A stretch of DNA of 52,923 nucleotides, counting the filler, from Catajapyx aquilonaris (taxonomy: Eukaryota): the NCBI GenBank assembly GCA_000934665.2. It is 2 parts of 2 records of this genome, joined end to end, with 100 filler letters (N's around TTAATTAATTAA, not from the genome) between each part and the next. Parts side by side here need not be neighbours in the genome. Positions count along the whole stretch, not along the records: positions 1 to 26,403 come from JYFJ02005213.1; 1 more part is not named here. One strand, written 5' to 3'. The stretch's first letter is position 1, and every line of letters begins with the position of its first letter. Position numbers and translations under genes: made by a program. The notes beneath the pieces were generated by a model. It did not search any database. It saw only the letters and a program-made list of their open reading frames with translations, and was not told where the DNA came from. Positions 1 to 17,774 of the stretch are shown piece by piece.

Positions 1-2486
1 TACATTTTTTTCTTGTGAGGGATTATGTAGCAAGGGGGTGGGGGGGCCCAGTGCCCTGCTTTGCCCGGGAGCCTGTCGTGCAGTTAAGACGGCTCTGGTT
101 ACGCCCAAGTTACGCCGTTACGGTACTCCAAGAAATTATTCATTCCTCAGGTTGTCTAACTCAATGGGACAGCTTCATCTTTTTGTTGCTATAGAAGCTT
201 TTTGATTTTTTCAATACCACCCTAAACATCTATAATATTAAAATCATAGTGGCCATGTTTGGCCGAGCCTTTTGATTCGTCCGCCGCATATTGTTACCGC
301 CCCCTCCCCATTGGCCAGCATTCTAATCATGCGCAATGGGGTGTAAACAACTGCTCTGTTGAGTTGCCGGGGAAACTGTCCATTCGTTCTCTGACGGCCA
401 AAGGGGTCACATCGCCCTCTCCCCTGCCACCTCCGGCACCTCAATTCCACTCCCACCAGAAAAGCCCGCTTCAAAGGCCCGCTTCCTCACCTGCCCATCC
501 TTATTGTATTGTTGGGCGGTTGGCACCACTGGCATTCTATAAACATAGGTCATTCTTCTTGGAACGTCATGTCGGAGGACATGTTCTGATAGCCGGGCTG
601 TTCCAAGGCCAAAGGTTGGCAAATGCGTACTTCCCAGCCAATGCAAAGGTGGGATTCCAGATGATTCGCAGGGTAGTTATTCAGAATCACGTATATCACT
701 ACGACGGAGGCATGCGTGGTGGGGGTGGGGAGTACAGTACGCATATGATTGGGAGATGGCCATTATCACTGGCTGTAAGTCAGAAGCGATTGAAAATGCG
801 GTGTGCACTGCAGGCTTAGAAAAACGTGAGGGAAGCAAGCGGTTTTCCACGCCTGCGCCGTAGAAAAATTCGAGCGTACCACGGGTTTTTCTAGTATAAA
901 CTCTAAAATCCTGTCACACACTCAATAAAATAACTATATGTCATGTACTGCATCCTCCTCAGTCCTCACAATGAAACCATTTATATATTGCCCCATAGGG
1001 TTTTGCAGTGACTGTTTCTACTAATTTATGTAAGCTACTAAGGTTCAATATTCACTATTTTGCTACTTATGATTGACAAATTGGTGGGCTCAGAAATGCC
1101 AACTTGATGCAGACGCTTCTGTGACATTTTCGCCAATAAAACTGTCATCTTAATAATAAGACACACACTTTTTGATCCGTTTCCGGTGCCCATCTAGGGC
1201 CCCATGCCATTGACTCAGGCATAATTGTCTCACCCTCTCTGCTACTTCTCAGCCGCACGCAGTCCAGGGTGAATCGCATTGCTCCATGCCGAGGACCCTT
1301 CACACCAACGCGTTCCAAGCACCATCCAGATGACCGATGCATGTCCCTCCAGACACGCCAGACCACAGAGTATATAACATCCTTTTCCCGCCTCAGTCGC
1401 AACACTAGCGCCGCGTCCACTATGCGGTCGGGAGGCGAACCAATCCAGAGTGGGCGGTACCATCGGAAGATGCACATACTGGAAACATTTAATTATCAAT
1501 AAACAATTTACACTTGATGCGATCGTTCCTTAATTAACGAGCAGTTCCCACCTGATTAGTGGGGATTGGAAGGCGTGGGTGTGGGGCGAGCGTCGACCAC
1601 GCCGTTGTTGGCACCCCTGCCCCCCCATTCATTGTTGTTGGGGGGTCACGCCGTCGCCGGTCGGAATTTCCCTCCACTTGTGTCGCCGCCTATTGGGATC
1701 GTCGCTTTTGTGCGGGCGATAGGTATCGTTTGCCTCCAAAACATTGTTGCAGTTGGGTCAGTTGTTTGTTGGGGGTTCGGGGTCGAAAGGGGGTCCGAGG
1801 GACACCCGTTCCGAGGGCTTGGGCACGCTTGGCGTCCACCCGCACACCCGGGCGGGCTTGGTCTGCATGGACATACTCTAACTTTGCGTTGCAGGCATCA
1901 CTTTGGGACAGTCCGTGGACTCTGGTTGTTGCATGAAGTAACATTAGAGTGGCAGGGTGTTTTAGCATGCCGGAACTATCCTTAAGTATTTTAGATGCCA
2001 ACCGCACATGCCAAAGGAATGTCTGGGACCGCATGTGTGGTTACGAAGGGTAACGCTTGATGCGGATGGGGGGAGACATGCTAGGCCTTTAAATTGGCTG
2101 AATATTTGATATTAAATACATTCTATGATTAAAATAGAATCCGGGGAAGCATACTGCTGTTATTTATATGAGTTATTAGCTGACATTTAGTTTTATGACT
2201 GAAAATAGTACTGTCGTATGGCACGGACACCATTATTAACCAGTAAACAAACTCTGTCAGACCATTAAACTTGTCTGAAGGTATGGAATCATAGTTAATA
2301 CATAAGCATGTGAGATATTTCAACTTGCATTAATTGCAGCAAAAATTAGTGTGATATAGATATAATTATAGCCGATTAATCCCATTAATGAACACGTTGG
2401 CACAAATGTGGATTGAAATGTATAATTCTGTTTGCAGCATGTAGTCTAAGAGTTTTTCTCACCCACACAGGAAGGATTCTGCAGCT

Positions 2487-5704
<3,218 letters not shown>

Positions 5705-8210
5705 GGCAAATGACCAAAAAAAAAATCAGGAAAAGAAATTGACACTGAACTAATTTATAGAGGATCTTTTCCTCCCCCAAATCAACCACCAACAAAAAAG
5801 AAAGAGAACAGTACAAAGATTGCTCTTCCCCAATTTTTTTTCAATGCTTTTATTTTCTTGTCTGATTCCGTTTCCTTTTTTAGACCCCCCCACCCCCAAG
5901 ACTGTAACCTGTCCTCGCTGGCAATAAAGGCTGATTTGCATCAAACAGCCACGACTTAATTATTGCTCATTTGAAAGCACTTGTTAAATAGGAAGGGGCT
6001 GCTCTTATTTTATTATAGGCAATAATTCTGACATAGGATTGTTACACTATTCTACACTGGCATTTTATTTTCACTTATATTTTTTAAATCCCCCAAAACA
6101 AACATCACCCTTTTTTTTTAAAAGGCTAATTCACTACGTCAGAAAATAATAATTAAAAAACCCTCTGAAGTCTGTGCTCCAGTCAATAAAACTATGTACA
6201 GTCGACTTTTCTGCCCTTTACAAGAAAACAGTCTTGACTTCCATTATACAAAATAACCCCGAGGTTTTAATCAATTTCTCCCTGCGCACTTTTGGTTTAA
6301 AAAAAATTGACAACTTTCAGAGGGTTTGTGTGCCATTTCCTGATTCATGGAAGCAAGAGACGTGTCTTTCACTTGGTTTATTATTTTTTTTTGCATACAT
6401 ACTTTTCTTTTTTTTAAATAATGGAAATGGCTCTGAATACCAGAGCCGTTTTCCTGTGTATTAGCACCAAGACACGTCTCTTACTTATGGAAATAATGCA
6501 ATGAGTCAAGAAAACAACAAAAACAAAGATAATTGCTCAAAGTAGTTATGCAGTTTCTGCACCAGTGTCCTGTGCATAAGTATTCTTATAAATTATTCTT
6601 TGCGCTTATGAACTTGCAATAATTTGCATAACAGTAGAGACAAGAAACAGTAGGCATGGGGTTCACTATGAATTCAACAGTCGACTTGCTTGCAGCATAA
6701 ACAAAAAGGAACTTCACCACATGGAAATGTCTGCAGAAAGTCACGTTTTGCATTGGTTTTTCTTTACAAAATAGAAAGGAACTTAAAAAGAGCTGCCCTT
6801 AAAAAACACGGGCGTGACAAATAACTCCACAAAATGTGTGAACTGACTTTTCACAACAGCCTATTATTGGAAGAGAATCAACATTACTCACAGACATGGG
6901 GACAAAAAAAAAATCAATCATAATTTGAAAAGAAAAACCTAACAGGGCACTTTCGTAGGTTTCCAAAATTCCTGTGTCCATGCAATGTTGGTTATCAAAC
7001 ACGTGAAATTACATATTTTAGTGCATCAACAAACTTTATTTGTTCATATATGCCGAAACGGGACTTCAATATCGCTCACGTGATCACCTCACCCCCCCCC
7101 CCCCTCCCAACCTTCGAATTTNCTCCCTCACCTCAAGAAAATGTGCTTTGTCACTTTTTACGTCGCAACCATTCGGAATTTATGAATAAATAGCTTGGCT
7201 TTTTTGTTTTATTTACACTTATTGCAACAATGTAATCAGGTGACTGATATTTTTTACCTTTTTTGCTCCAGAAGATAGTAAGAGTTTTTTTTTTTTAAAT
7301 CAGGGGTTAGGATTTTGGGAAAAAAGCAGAATCAAAATAATATGATTAGAATGACAGTGACGAGTGATGCACACCAAAATATTTTAAAAAATAGTAGATT
7401 CCCAGCTGCAAACATCCCACAAAAAAATTCTGCAAAAACAAGACAGTGGAAGGCTGCAGACATAAAAACTACACTAGCCTTTTCCCTAATTCTTGCAAAA
7501 TTTTTCTGGTGGGGTAAAGGGAAGATAGCGTGTCACATGTCACATTGAGCATGCAGGACTAGAATTTTTTCTTCTTCTTCATTAAGACATTTCTCTTGCA
7601 AAAATGGTTTGTACACAACTTAAATGCACCACAAAAACAAAAAATGGTAGTTTCCTGCATGCTAAAGTCGTCATTAGCAAATTAATGAAAGCTAACCTTG
7701 ATAGAAAGCAATGGGATGAGGGAAAATATTGATCATAACAGAGGTCAAGACTTATTCCTAATGGTTCGTGTTTCCCCCCATTAAAAAGAAAAGAAAAAAG
7801 AAACATCGCCAGCATTAATCCAATATATCCGTCATGAAGCAGATAATTCTGTGCACTATTTTCCTTCCCCCCTCCTGCCTTGCTCACACTTTTCAAAGTC
7901 ATCACAGCACACAAGTTGGAAGGGGGGAAAAAACTGCCAATCATGTTTGCCAGTCCGCTAAATAACGGCTCTTGTTGGTTTCTCTTCTAAATTGCAATTC
8001 TTTCTAAAAAAAACAAACAAATAGGACAACCCATGCCATTCCCTCCCTCCCCACCCTCCCCCCAACTACCCCACCAATTCAGGCCAGCAAGTCTTGCAAT
8101 AGTCTCTGGCCTACTCCTCCCACTCCACTGGTCATCTTGTGTTCTGCAACCAATCGAGCAGTCGCAATCCTTCCTCGGTGACACACGTGCGACAATTCCT
8201 TCCAGACTGA

Positions 8211-11200
8211 TCAGAACTTGAAGCCTTCGCTGGGTATACTGGTATTGGGGTCGAACTGAAAACCAGACTCTGTTGCCTGTGGAACTGCACTCAGGTCTTC
8301 TTCCACCTACGCGAAAGAAATGGCTTGATTAAATTTCACATTCCACAACTAAGAAATTCGTAGATACAAAAGGGATACTTGCATCTTCCGAGAAGTACTG
8401 TTCTATGATTTCGTAGGCTAGTTTGTATATGTCAACATTTTCGTGATTTTGAAGTGCCTCGATCTTATCCAGCCCTGCCAACACAAAATCCAAAGATTAT
8501 TCCAAATTCCAACACACCAAAGCCCTCCCACCACTGGCTCACCTCCACACTCCTCAATAAGGTTTGCCACTGCCTCAACTTCACTGCCTGCCATCTTGAG
8601 TATGTTGGAGATGCCATCAAGCACCACCTGTATGACCTGCGTGTCCTTACAGTTGAGCAGCCCACAGAAGGGTGGAATTACACCCTGCTGGACTAAGTAG
8701 GCCACTTGCTGCTTGTTTCCACTAATGGTTAGGTTACTAATGGCCCACGCAGCCTCCTTCTGTGTCTGGAACTCTCCCTGAAAAGTATTACAAGCGCTGG
8801 GTTTACTAACAAGCGTACAGGTTACGCATGGCGTCACAATGCATTAATCAGTGTGATGCTGCATCTGTGACTTCCACGTGAAAGGGACTCACTCACCCTG
8901 CCCAGGTGGTGGATGATCATGGGTACCAGTCCATTGTCAATCACTGCCTGGACCTGCTCCTGGTTGCCTGCAGTTATGTTGGACAGGAACCAAACAGCCT
9001 CCTGGAAGAGGGAAGAAATTATTAGAATGCATCCTGACATTACCAAAGAGAGGTAACTCACTTTGCATATTTTGTCCTTCTGGTGGGAGAGAAGGGCGGG
9101 AAAGTGTGAAAGCGCTTCATAGTTGAGCACCACCTGAGTCTGGTCGTCCGTACCAGTCACTATATTGCCCAGTGCTCTCAAGGCTGCTGTTTGGACCTAT
9201 CAAATCAAGTAAGAATTAGAATTACGCACCATTACCTTTACCCTCCATCCTTACTGCTATTGGCAACACATGTAATTCATCTGCAATCTAGCATGTGCAA
9301 TGTTGTCTTTGACACCGACATTGTCGTGCTCACCTTAACCTCCTTGTGCGACAACAATGGCACAATCTTGGGTACGACATTGCTGTCGATGACCATCTGG
9401 ATCTGCTCGTTTCCACCGTCAGTGAGGTAGCTGAGGGCCCACACTGTGTCCACCAGTATGTTGATGTCTGTGTGATGGATCAGTAGGTTGAGCGCTGGAA
9501 GGATGTCCCTGGTGGTGCCAACGGACGGGGGTGGATCTTTGTTGCGACATAAATTCACAATTACCCAGGTCACATTACGCAAGAATGTGATTGGGATTTC
9601 TGGCTTGATAAAGCTCAGAAGCGGCTGCACCACTCCAAGGGTGATCACATAATCGCGGAGGTGTGGCCCATCACCAATTATGTTGCCTAGAGCCCACACA
9701 GCCTGCTCACACACGTTCTGGTGGGGTGATTGCAGCAGCTGAAGGAAGAGAGGGACTGCTCCCGCCTGAACCACGGCTTGAGTCTGGGTGGAAGTCCCTG
9801 AGGCGATGTTGGTGAGCGCCCAGGCTGCCTCAAACTGTAGACTGGGGTTGTCATGTCGCTCCAGGCAACGTACAAGCACTGGGAGAATCCCTGAGTCAAT
9901 CAGAGCGTCAATGGGAGGATTGCGGTCAGAGGAGAGGAGCTTCCGAGCTGCTTGGACTGCTGATAGCTGGACAGCTGGCTGGTCACTCCCAGCATTCTGA
10001 ACCAGGGCATCAAGGCTATTTGGAAGGAGGCCACGGTCCAGTTCCTCATCGTCTGTTGAGTCTGCCTGTGGTACATTTCGCCTCTTCAAGAGGGTTTCAT
10101 CTCTCTTGTTTTTACGGAGCTCCACTGTCACCTCATTTCTTCTTCGTCTCATCTCCTGTAACAGAAAAGGGGGAAATAATGAAATTGTAAAATTATATTT
10201 GCATTCATAAGGGACCATCATTTTTTGTTACAACTAGTTACTCCTCCTTTGGCATGTGGCCCAGAGCAGTCTGTCTCATGTGAGCAATCAAATTCTAAAA
10301 GTTTACCAAAATTCACATGGGTATAGTGTATTTGGTTGCCATCACAGTGAAATATATTGATTTATGCTGCAATTACTTTACAAAAAATCCATACCTCAAG
10401 TATGCTGCCAAACTCAATGGAGGAATCAACATCTGCCATTTCCCCCCAAGATTAACAACACTTTTGCTGCCTAGTTCTGCTTTTCAAAGGTGGCCACTAT
10501 TAGCCTCAGAGCTAACTGTAAACAACCCTTCGCCTGGCAACCTGTACTCAGCAGTCCCAAATGCAGTTGCCGTTGTCTCAGCAACTGCTTTCTCAGTCAT
10601 GAGTTTAGCAATGACTTTATCTCCACTGCAGCAGCTGCTGAGTTTAACAATGTACTAATGGACATAACTAGGTTGATTACCACAGCAGTTTTTAAATGCA
10701 AAATTGCACCATGGCAGTGCTCTCTCAATGCTGCTGTCACAGTTAGGTCAAGAGATGTCGTTTCCACTCAGGTCAAGCTCTTTGACTCAGGTGTGGCAGC
10801 ATCTTAAACAGATGATGACGAGGATAGCAGGTTCAGTGGGGGGAGGTAAAAATATCATTTGAACCCATCATGTGCGGTTGTGCAATAAAAAGCTGCTTTG
10901 GGAATCGATCTGAATGCATGAACAACTAAGTAACGACCCACTGTGGAGCTCAATGTGCAACAACAGATAAAACTGCAAGTTACTGGCGATGACATAATTG
11001 ACGCACCTATCAGGAAAAAGTCAACTGGTTCCCTCTCACTCGAAGGTGAGGTGGGGTTCAGAGAAGTAATTTCTACTCTTTCTATTTCCATTTCAGCAGC
11101 AACCAAATTCAATGGTAAGATCTGCAGAGAGAAATTCTGAGGAATCTTCTACTTTCGTTAAAGTCCCATCCTGAGAACAGTTCACATTAAACAATGCTTT

Positions 11201-13486
11201 GTACAGCTGCGTCTAATTCGACTTACTTATTCTTGCAAACGTCCTAACACTGAGCTACTGTATGTTTACAATCATTGGCAATGATAGTGTTTTAAGTTTT
11301 TTAAATTTTTTGCACTATCTTTTCTGCATCCTGCACAATCCTGTTATTCCTGAAAGTTTTGCCCAAGTTAAAACATTATTTTTAAAAGTTAATCTTAACC
11401 TCTAACATCCCTTGTGCAGTGTTCGGGGAATAAGAGTCCACAATCGGGGCCCATATAAGCCTTCTTGAACATGTATTGCGACTCATTAACTCTCAAGTTG
11501 GCTACCGTACCCTCTGGGTCAGCATCACTACTACCTAGGTCCTAGAACAAGGTGGACATCAGCAGTATCAAAATGCAAATAATTTCTTGATTTAGTCTGT
11601 ACTGGTGACTTCCCTTTTTCCTCTCCCGTCTCCCCCCAGGTCATTTTGACATGGATCCTCTCCTGTCATGTTGTCAGTGTCATCAGCTCTCCCTTTCCAG
11701 AAAAAAGGAAAACAAGAAAAAAACAAGAGATTTCTGTTGCCTGAAACTATTACGTTATCATGGTAATTTCAGTGTTTTTAACATAACGAAAACATTAGGC
11801 ATGAGTCCATCACAGCTGCTTCTTAGGTGACCTTTCTGATTGACTGTATTTGATGAGGTATTTGATCACATTCATTACCATGGATTTAATAAATTTTGGG
11901 TGCAAATTATTCAGAATTCTCTGATCCCTATAACCACGTTGACACTATAAATTGCTCAATAGACTGAATACCCAACCACTGCAGTGGCCTGGCAAGAGGC
12001 ACCGCCACAAAGACGATATATGATGTGCTACGAAACCAAAAACTAAGCACATGCCAAAATCTGTCGCAATATTTCCCTTGAATTATTGAGGGCTTGTCTA
12101 ACACAAATGGTACGGATCTGTCCAGTGTAAATATGTAATATTTTGCAATTGCCAAATGGTAAGGGTTTTTCTCTGCCACAACCAGTGCACACATGCCAGT
12201 TAGGATCTTGCTTAGAGTGACTGTTCCAACAGTTGTGCAGGTGCTGTGAGGGCACAGAAAGATTCACACACATCATGAAGATGCAATGTTTAAAATGGGT
12301 AAGGGACTTTGGCCTGCTTTTGTCCTGTATTGTCCATGTGTTTGTGTTGGATATAGCAGAAGCTATCTCCACCAGTAATACTGGAATCAAGAGCTTGAAT
12401 TCTAATTTCACAATAGCAGCATCTGCATTGTAGCAAATACATACAGGGTAGTGTTGGGAGAAGGCTGGGCCTGCATATCTATTGAATCTATCTTTGAATC
12501 AAACTTAAATGCAAAAGTAGAAGGTATCCCATTGTAATATGCCATTCTACATGTAGAAAGTTCAAATAAAGTGAGAAATTGGCAGCATATTTGGTGGACA
12601 GTGCCCTACACAGTATTTAAAAAAAGGATGCAAACAAAATGCAAATTGTTAGGGACTTTTTATGCTGTCGGCTTAAATTAACTTGACTCGTTACGAGTGA
12701 TGTCTCCCAAGACTAGCTTATCTCTGCCACGTTCAAACAGCAGCACACTAACAAAAAGTCAGGCTTTCCGGAGCTGTGCTCAACTACTTGAGCCAATATC
12801 AAAATAGCATTCTTTTGAAACAAAATTTTGTCAAGGATAAGGCCAATGCCAGTATCCACGATCACAACTATAATAATTGAGATGTGCTTAGGCAGGAGCT
12901 CCCAGGCAATCAGTGTAAAACTGGCGATGTCCGTCTCAATGTGCTGAGCAGAATACACCAAGATTCAGTCTGTTGCTGCATATTTTCATTGGGAACGGTC
13001 ATAATCGATTACGCTCCTGCTCGGGTCTGTCTCCATTATGCTCGCAACTGTACGTGTAGTGCATGTAAGGTGCAATCAGATATAATAAAGACGTGTCCTT
13101 GTTCCTGCAACTTTCCTAGCTGTAGTTAGCGGCATATCTTCGTATTCGGGTTCAACGTAAGTGTGCAAACGGTTTGTTCGGCGCAATATCTTTACGACTG
13201 TGAATGAAGCGCTGGCCGCACCACAGGTTCCAGCATGGCCTGTTGTGCAACCACAGGTGTTGCGCACAGTCCGACCACCACCCAGTGTGTCCTAGGCCTA
13301 CCCCAAAAACTGCGCGTGCTTTTCCCCTGGCCCCCCCCATCCCCTCGAAACACTTTCGGGCGGTGCGTGACCCTCTCTCCTCCGACTGGCCCCCGAGCCT
13401 GATTCCGCCCCACTTACATCCTGATCCTTCCCCTTGTTTTTGAAGATCTGCATCCTGGTCCTGGACGAGGGCTGGTCGGTCGCCAT
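8211..13486 (-). CDS. Importin subunit alpha-3/4 class (KPNA3/KPNA4-like), 7 coding exons, ~517 aa
   Basis: Exons 13486-13418, 10155-9334, 9196-9062, 9001-8897, 8777-8543, 8474-8383, 8306-8211. IBB domain [27 protein letters not shown]...KRRNV; ARM repeats ([29 protein letters not shown]); C-terminus IEQYFSED...EGFKF. Last intron is GC-AG. Confidence 0.96.
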
Positions 13487-13739
13487 TTTCGGGGGACGGC
13501 AGGGGGGGCAGGAATGCGCGGCCCACGGGCTCTGCCTCTGTGTGTCTCCCTTCCTTCCTTCCTTCCCTCCCTCGCCTTCCTTCGCAGAGAATCCTCTCTC
13601 AGGCCTCCTCCTCTCCTCTCCGCCAGGCCAGGCCTTTTCCCCCTATACGAGCTGGACCCCTCTTTTTTTTCTTCCTTTTTTTTCTTTTTCCTTTTTTTTT
13701 TTTTTTTGGATGGCTGGCCCCCTTTTCCTGCCGCACTCC

Positions 13740-14600
13740 CTCTACCGGAGGCGGATGGATTTCAGACTGAATGATGACGGAACCAATCGGAGGACCGGAG
13801 AGGAACTACTTTCAAGATGGACGACTTCTGGATGGTGCACTCACTCGTGACGTCACAGATGACATTGCGCCAATCCGGTGCAACGGGGACTATATGCAGG
13901 TTGGGAGGAAATTAAACGTGATTTGTGGGTGGGGAAAGGTAGCTGCGATTGGAACGACTAGCAGTAGGGGATTAGACTACTCAGGCCATTTAGCACATCA
14001 GATTTACAGCAGCTTCAAACCATTACATCTGGTAGTGGCTAATACGGTTACTCGTACAGGATGGACGGGAATAGCGCCAGATGTTTCTAGCAACAAGTCG
14101 CAGCTATTAGCATGATGGCGAAGTAGCAGCGATTGGTAAAACACGTCGCGATTAGTCTCGGCGGGTGAATCACGTGCGTTTATAAATATATGCACAGGAC
14201 GTGCTTATTGTCAACATGTTCATCCGACTTTTTCGCAATGCAGGAGATGCCGGCTATATACGCACCCGGCTCTGTATCCCCTCCTACCTAATGATCGAAA
14301 AATAAATGTGTCATCATTTTATACAAATGTGTCACGATTTGCTTCAATTAACATTCGGAGTAAGTACGACGATTGTCGTCACCATTTGCGCAATCCGTGG
14401 TCTCGGCATACCCCTGCTAATTCGCGGAATGGAGGACGGCCTGCCTCGCTAAACGTGGTAAATAGGCTCAAGGACTGCATTAATCACACGAGCCTTGGAT
14501 GGTATCGATCGGGATACTACGCATCGGTTTATATCCTTTGTGCAGCATGACTTCACTCGCTAAGAGAAACTTGGCGAAATCGTGAGTTTCATTGTGTGGC
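13740..14600. promoter_or_regulatory. Probable divergent promoter region between importin alpha (-) and DIPK2A-like (+)
   Basis: CpG-rich interval between head-to-head genes. CCAAT at ~13782 and ~13870, ATTGG at ~13948 and ~14132, palindromic CRE GTGACGTCAC at 13847-13856, candidate 5'UTR donor GTGAGT at 14582. Confidence 0.5.
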
Positions 14601-15692
14601 ACTGGGAAAAATAAGCTTGAGGACGTGTTGCGTCTGGTGGTGTCGCCGCTTTCTGCTTGTTTGTCTTTGCCTATTGTACCCAAAGATTGTACCTGTCAAA
14701 TTTCCGTTGCTGATAGTAGGTGATAGTACCGACCTTATTGTCAGTCTGCACTTGTTCAAATTCCTGAAATCGGCTTAAAATTAGAGAAATGTAGCCACTC
14801 GAGGTGGGGCCGGTTTATGTGTAATGGACTGTGGATGTACTGAATTGAATTAAGGTAAGATTTACAGGTGCTACGGTTCATGTGCATGTTCAATGTCTGT
14901 ATGTCACCGTACTTTCACTTTGCATAGCATGATTATTACAGGCAAGAATTAGCACTTGTTACAGGCTAATACACATGCAATTTGGATGAGAATCGGCAAC
15001 TGAACAATATTATTCACATCGTTGGATTACTTGCAAATGCGCTGTGGATGTCTCGTCGACATGTACCTAAAATTTTTGTAAAAGTACAAAAGGTTGTAAC
15101 TGGACACCCACTGCTTGCACAGGAAGTCGTGGATGTTGGGCAGTCTATATCGGGTTGGATTTTATTGTGGGAAAATCCTCCGCATTTTAAGGTGGTCGTG
15201 TGTGTGGGATAATCTCATGTAACTCGATCTACCATATCAGCTTGTCTAGCTTCTAACCAGTTATCAGAGTAAGGAGAAACTTGTTAGAAAAAAAGTGCTG
15301 ATGGCATTGTAAAATATCAAGCGGACTTTGCAAATGCAGACACAATGGTACCTAAAGGTTTGGGCTGTCAGATGACTCACATACTTTTTTGTCAGATTTC
15401 GTGACCTCTTGTGCAATGGTGAACTGTCCGGTAATGTGAAAACAAGATAAAAATGGCATCGCAGGTTTCTTATTACGTCTGGCCACTCCTGGTCTGGCGG
15501 ATGCCTCTAGTTAGATGTTGCCACTTTGAAATGCTACGTTGCCCTTATTTGTACTTGTTATGTGGGGCACTAGTCTCCATAAGCAATCCAAGATTGGGAA
15601 CCCTAATTAAACTGTGATGTAATGATTTAGTTCACAAATATTAACTTTTACATCTCTTTTGCAGATGTCAGCGTCACCTAATCGACCTGAAA

Positions 15693-17117
15693 ATGTGCCT
15701 CAAGCGCCATCCAAAACGGCTCGTCCTCTCTTCTGTGTGCATCATCCTTGGTGCTTGGACTCTTCTTCCTCCGCTCTTCCTGGACCCCTCCTCAGATTCA
15801 TACACAGACCTGGGTAAATGCCCGGCATGTTATGGGGTCCTCTTTTGCCCCGAGATTCATTCTGGAGGAGTACAGCTTCAGCAATGGAGCCAGTTCAGTC
15901 TCGGTGGGAAGTACCTGAATGCGCACAATGTTCTGTTTGCCGAGTCCAGAGGGCGCCAGATTGTGCTGAAAAAACTGGGCAGTGATGAGGATCTAGAGCA
16001 ACTTGATTCTGAGATTTGCGAACTGTCCAATGAAATTGGCTGTGATCCTAAGCGTGCAATACATAGACTGGCGCAGAGCTACAGTAATGGAAAGTCACTC
16101 AGCATGGCACAAATCAAGTCTGGAAGTGACTTCATGCAGTGTCCGTCACAACATAAGATTGACTACGTGGTTGAGAAAGTGTTTGCAGGCAACAAGGGAC
16201 TGAACATAGCTGTTGTTCTGGACCACATTGTCACACAGTTGTTGTTGAACCCAGAGCCATTGCTGCTGCAAGCGTTTCCTGCTTCCGAAGGATGGCCCTT
16301 TCCGAAATATTATGGTGCTTGTGGGCGCATAGCAGTAGAGGAATATGCAGGCCCTGCCCTGGTCGAGTACAAAGACAGCCGTTGGGCCCAGAGAGCACAC
16401 CTGGCACATCAGTTGCTGAGCATTGCCAAATTGCTAACTGATAATGAGAGTGGTTTTGCACTTTACCTGACTGACGTCAGTGTGGATAATTTTTCTGTTG
16501 CACCTGATGGGACCATTCGTGTCATTGATTTGGAGAACATGATTGTGGTGGACCGCGAAGGCTTGGGCCAAGGTGAGTCAGAAGCTATTTGCCACGTCTG
16601 AGATGTTTCATTTCATTTGCGGTTCATTTTAAGTTTTATAAATATTAATTTCGACTTTTTCTGTAATACTTGCAAACACTACATCACATTGCCAATACCG
16701 TTTCTGTATTGCCATTGTTTTTCTTTCCTGCAGGTGTGCATTACAACAGGTTCAACGGCCACACCAGTGATGGTTATGATTACCAGTATTCAGTTTCTGA
16801 CCTCTGCACACATTCATCATCAGACCACAACTATTATGCAGTATGCCTGGTAATTATATGTGACCCACTGCTACACATTCAAAAACTAAGTGAGCTTACT
16901 AACAATTGGAATCACTTTCCAGTGCATATTGTCAAATCGATACGCTTCGTCAGCAATGAATGAAGGACTGTTACATGGCATCCCCAGTGAAATTATGGAG
17001 TCGTTTCCACAACTACCTGCACTTATCGAAGAGTGTGTCCTGCCTACCAGGGAGGATGGCAGGTTCAGTGCTGTGGAGGATCTGCTGAAAATACTCCCTC
17101 AAGTAATGGAATGGTGA
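15693..17117 (+). CDS. DIPK2A: Divergent protein kinase domain 2A / deleted-in-autism-1 (DIA1) family protein, ~396 aa
   Basis: Exons 15693-16572, 16734-16849, 16923-17117. N-terminal hydrophobic anchor; motifs KCPACYG..FC, NPEPLLLQAFP..GWPFPKYYGACGR, FALYLTDVSVDNF, VIDLEN, DHNYYAVC, GLLH. The true start could lie in an upstream exon (acceptor at 15664 is in frame). Confidence 0.9.
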
Positions 17118-17774
17118 ATGTAAGTCAACCCATATAAATGTTGGTGCCTTTATTCAGGTGCGCAAATCCATGTCAATGAAATGTGATGGTAAAATGTTTT
17201 AGGGAATGTCCATAAATTATGTAATACAATTTTAATTACCCCCTTTAATCCATGTAATTAACCTCTCACCCCTTTTGATAGTGATACATAATTTATGGGA
17301 CACTCATGAGATGTTTAAGTATTCAGAGTGTAGTAATATTGTAATTTTTGTGTACAATGTTTGCACTACGTAATTTTATAAATGTTGCCGCTGACTGCTC
17401 TCTGGTGAAGGTATTAATGACAATGTTGATAATGATGATTCTTCTTTTGTTACTTTCATAAATGGTGTAATACTGTTAAATATTAAAGATACTGATTTTA
17501 GTGATGACAAGTTCATTGTTTATTTACTGATTGCAATGAGACATTGGAGCTAACAGATGCTACTACCACAGTAACTATTGAATGTCTACCACATTTCTTG
17601 TTCACATACTATTATCACCTGAAGGTCACACTGTTATCAGCTGCACATAAAAGGGTTACAAGGTTACTCTAGGCCATTAGGCCCACTCCACTGATTCCAA
17701 AGGCAATTTCCACAAAACAGCTCATTTTAAAAATCTGATGTTTGAACTCAACAGAAACTTTTAGGAGGTTTGAC

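Noticed and set aside
244..2034. Several overlapping 100-190 aa ORFs upstream of Tip60
   Set aside because: No recognisable motifs or consistent splice structure; likely GC-rich promoter, UTR or repeat sequence.
10300..13000. Short ORFs inside the long importin intron as a nested gene
   Set aside because: Fragmentary and stop-ridden; possibly decayed retroelement sequence, but no motif I can support.
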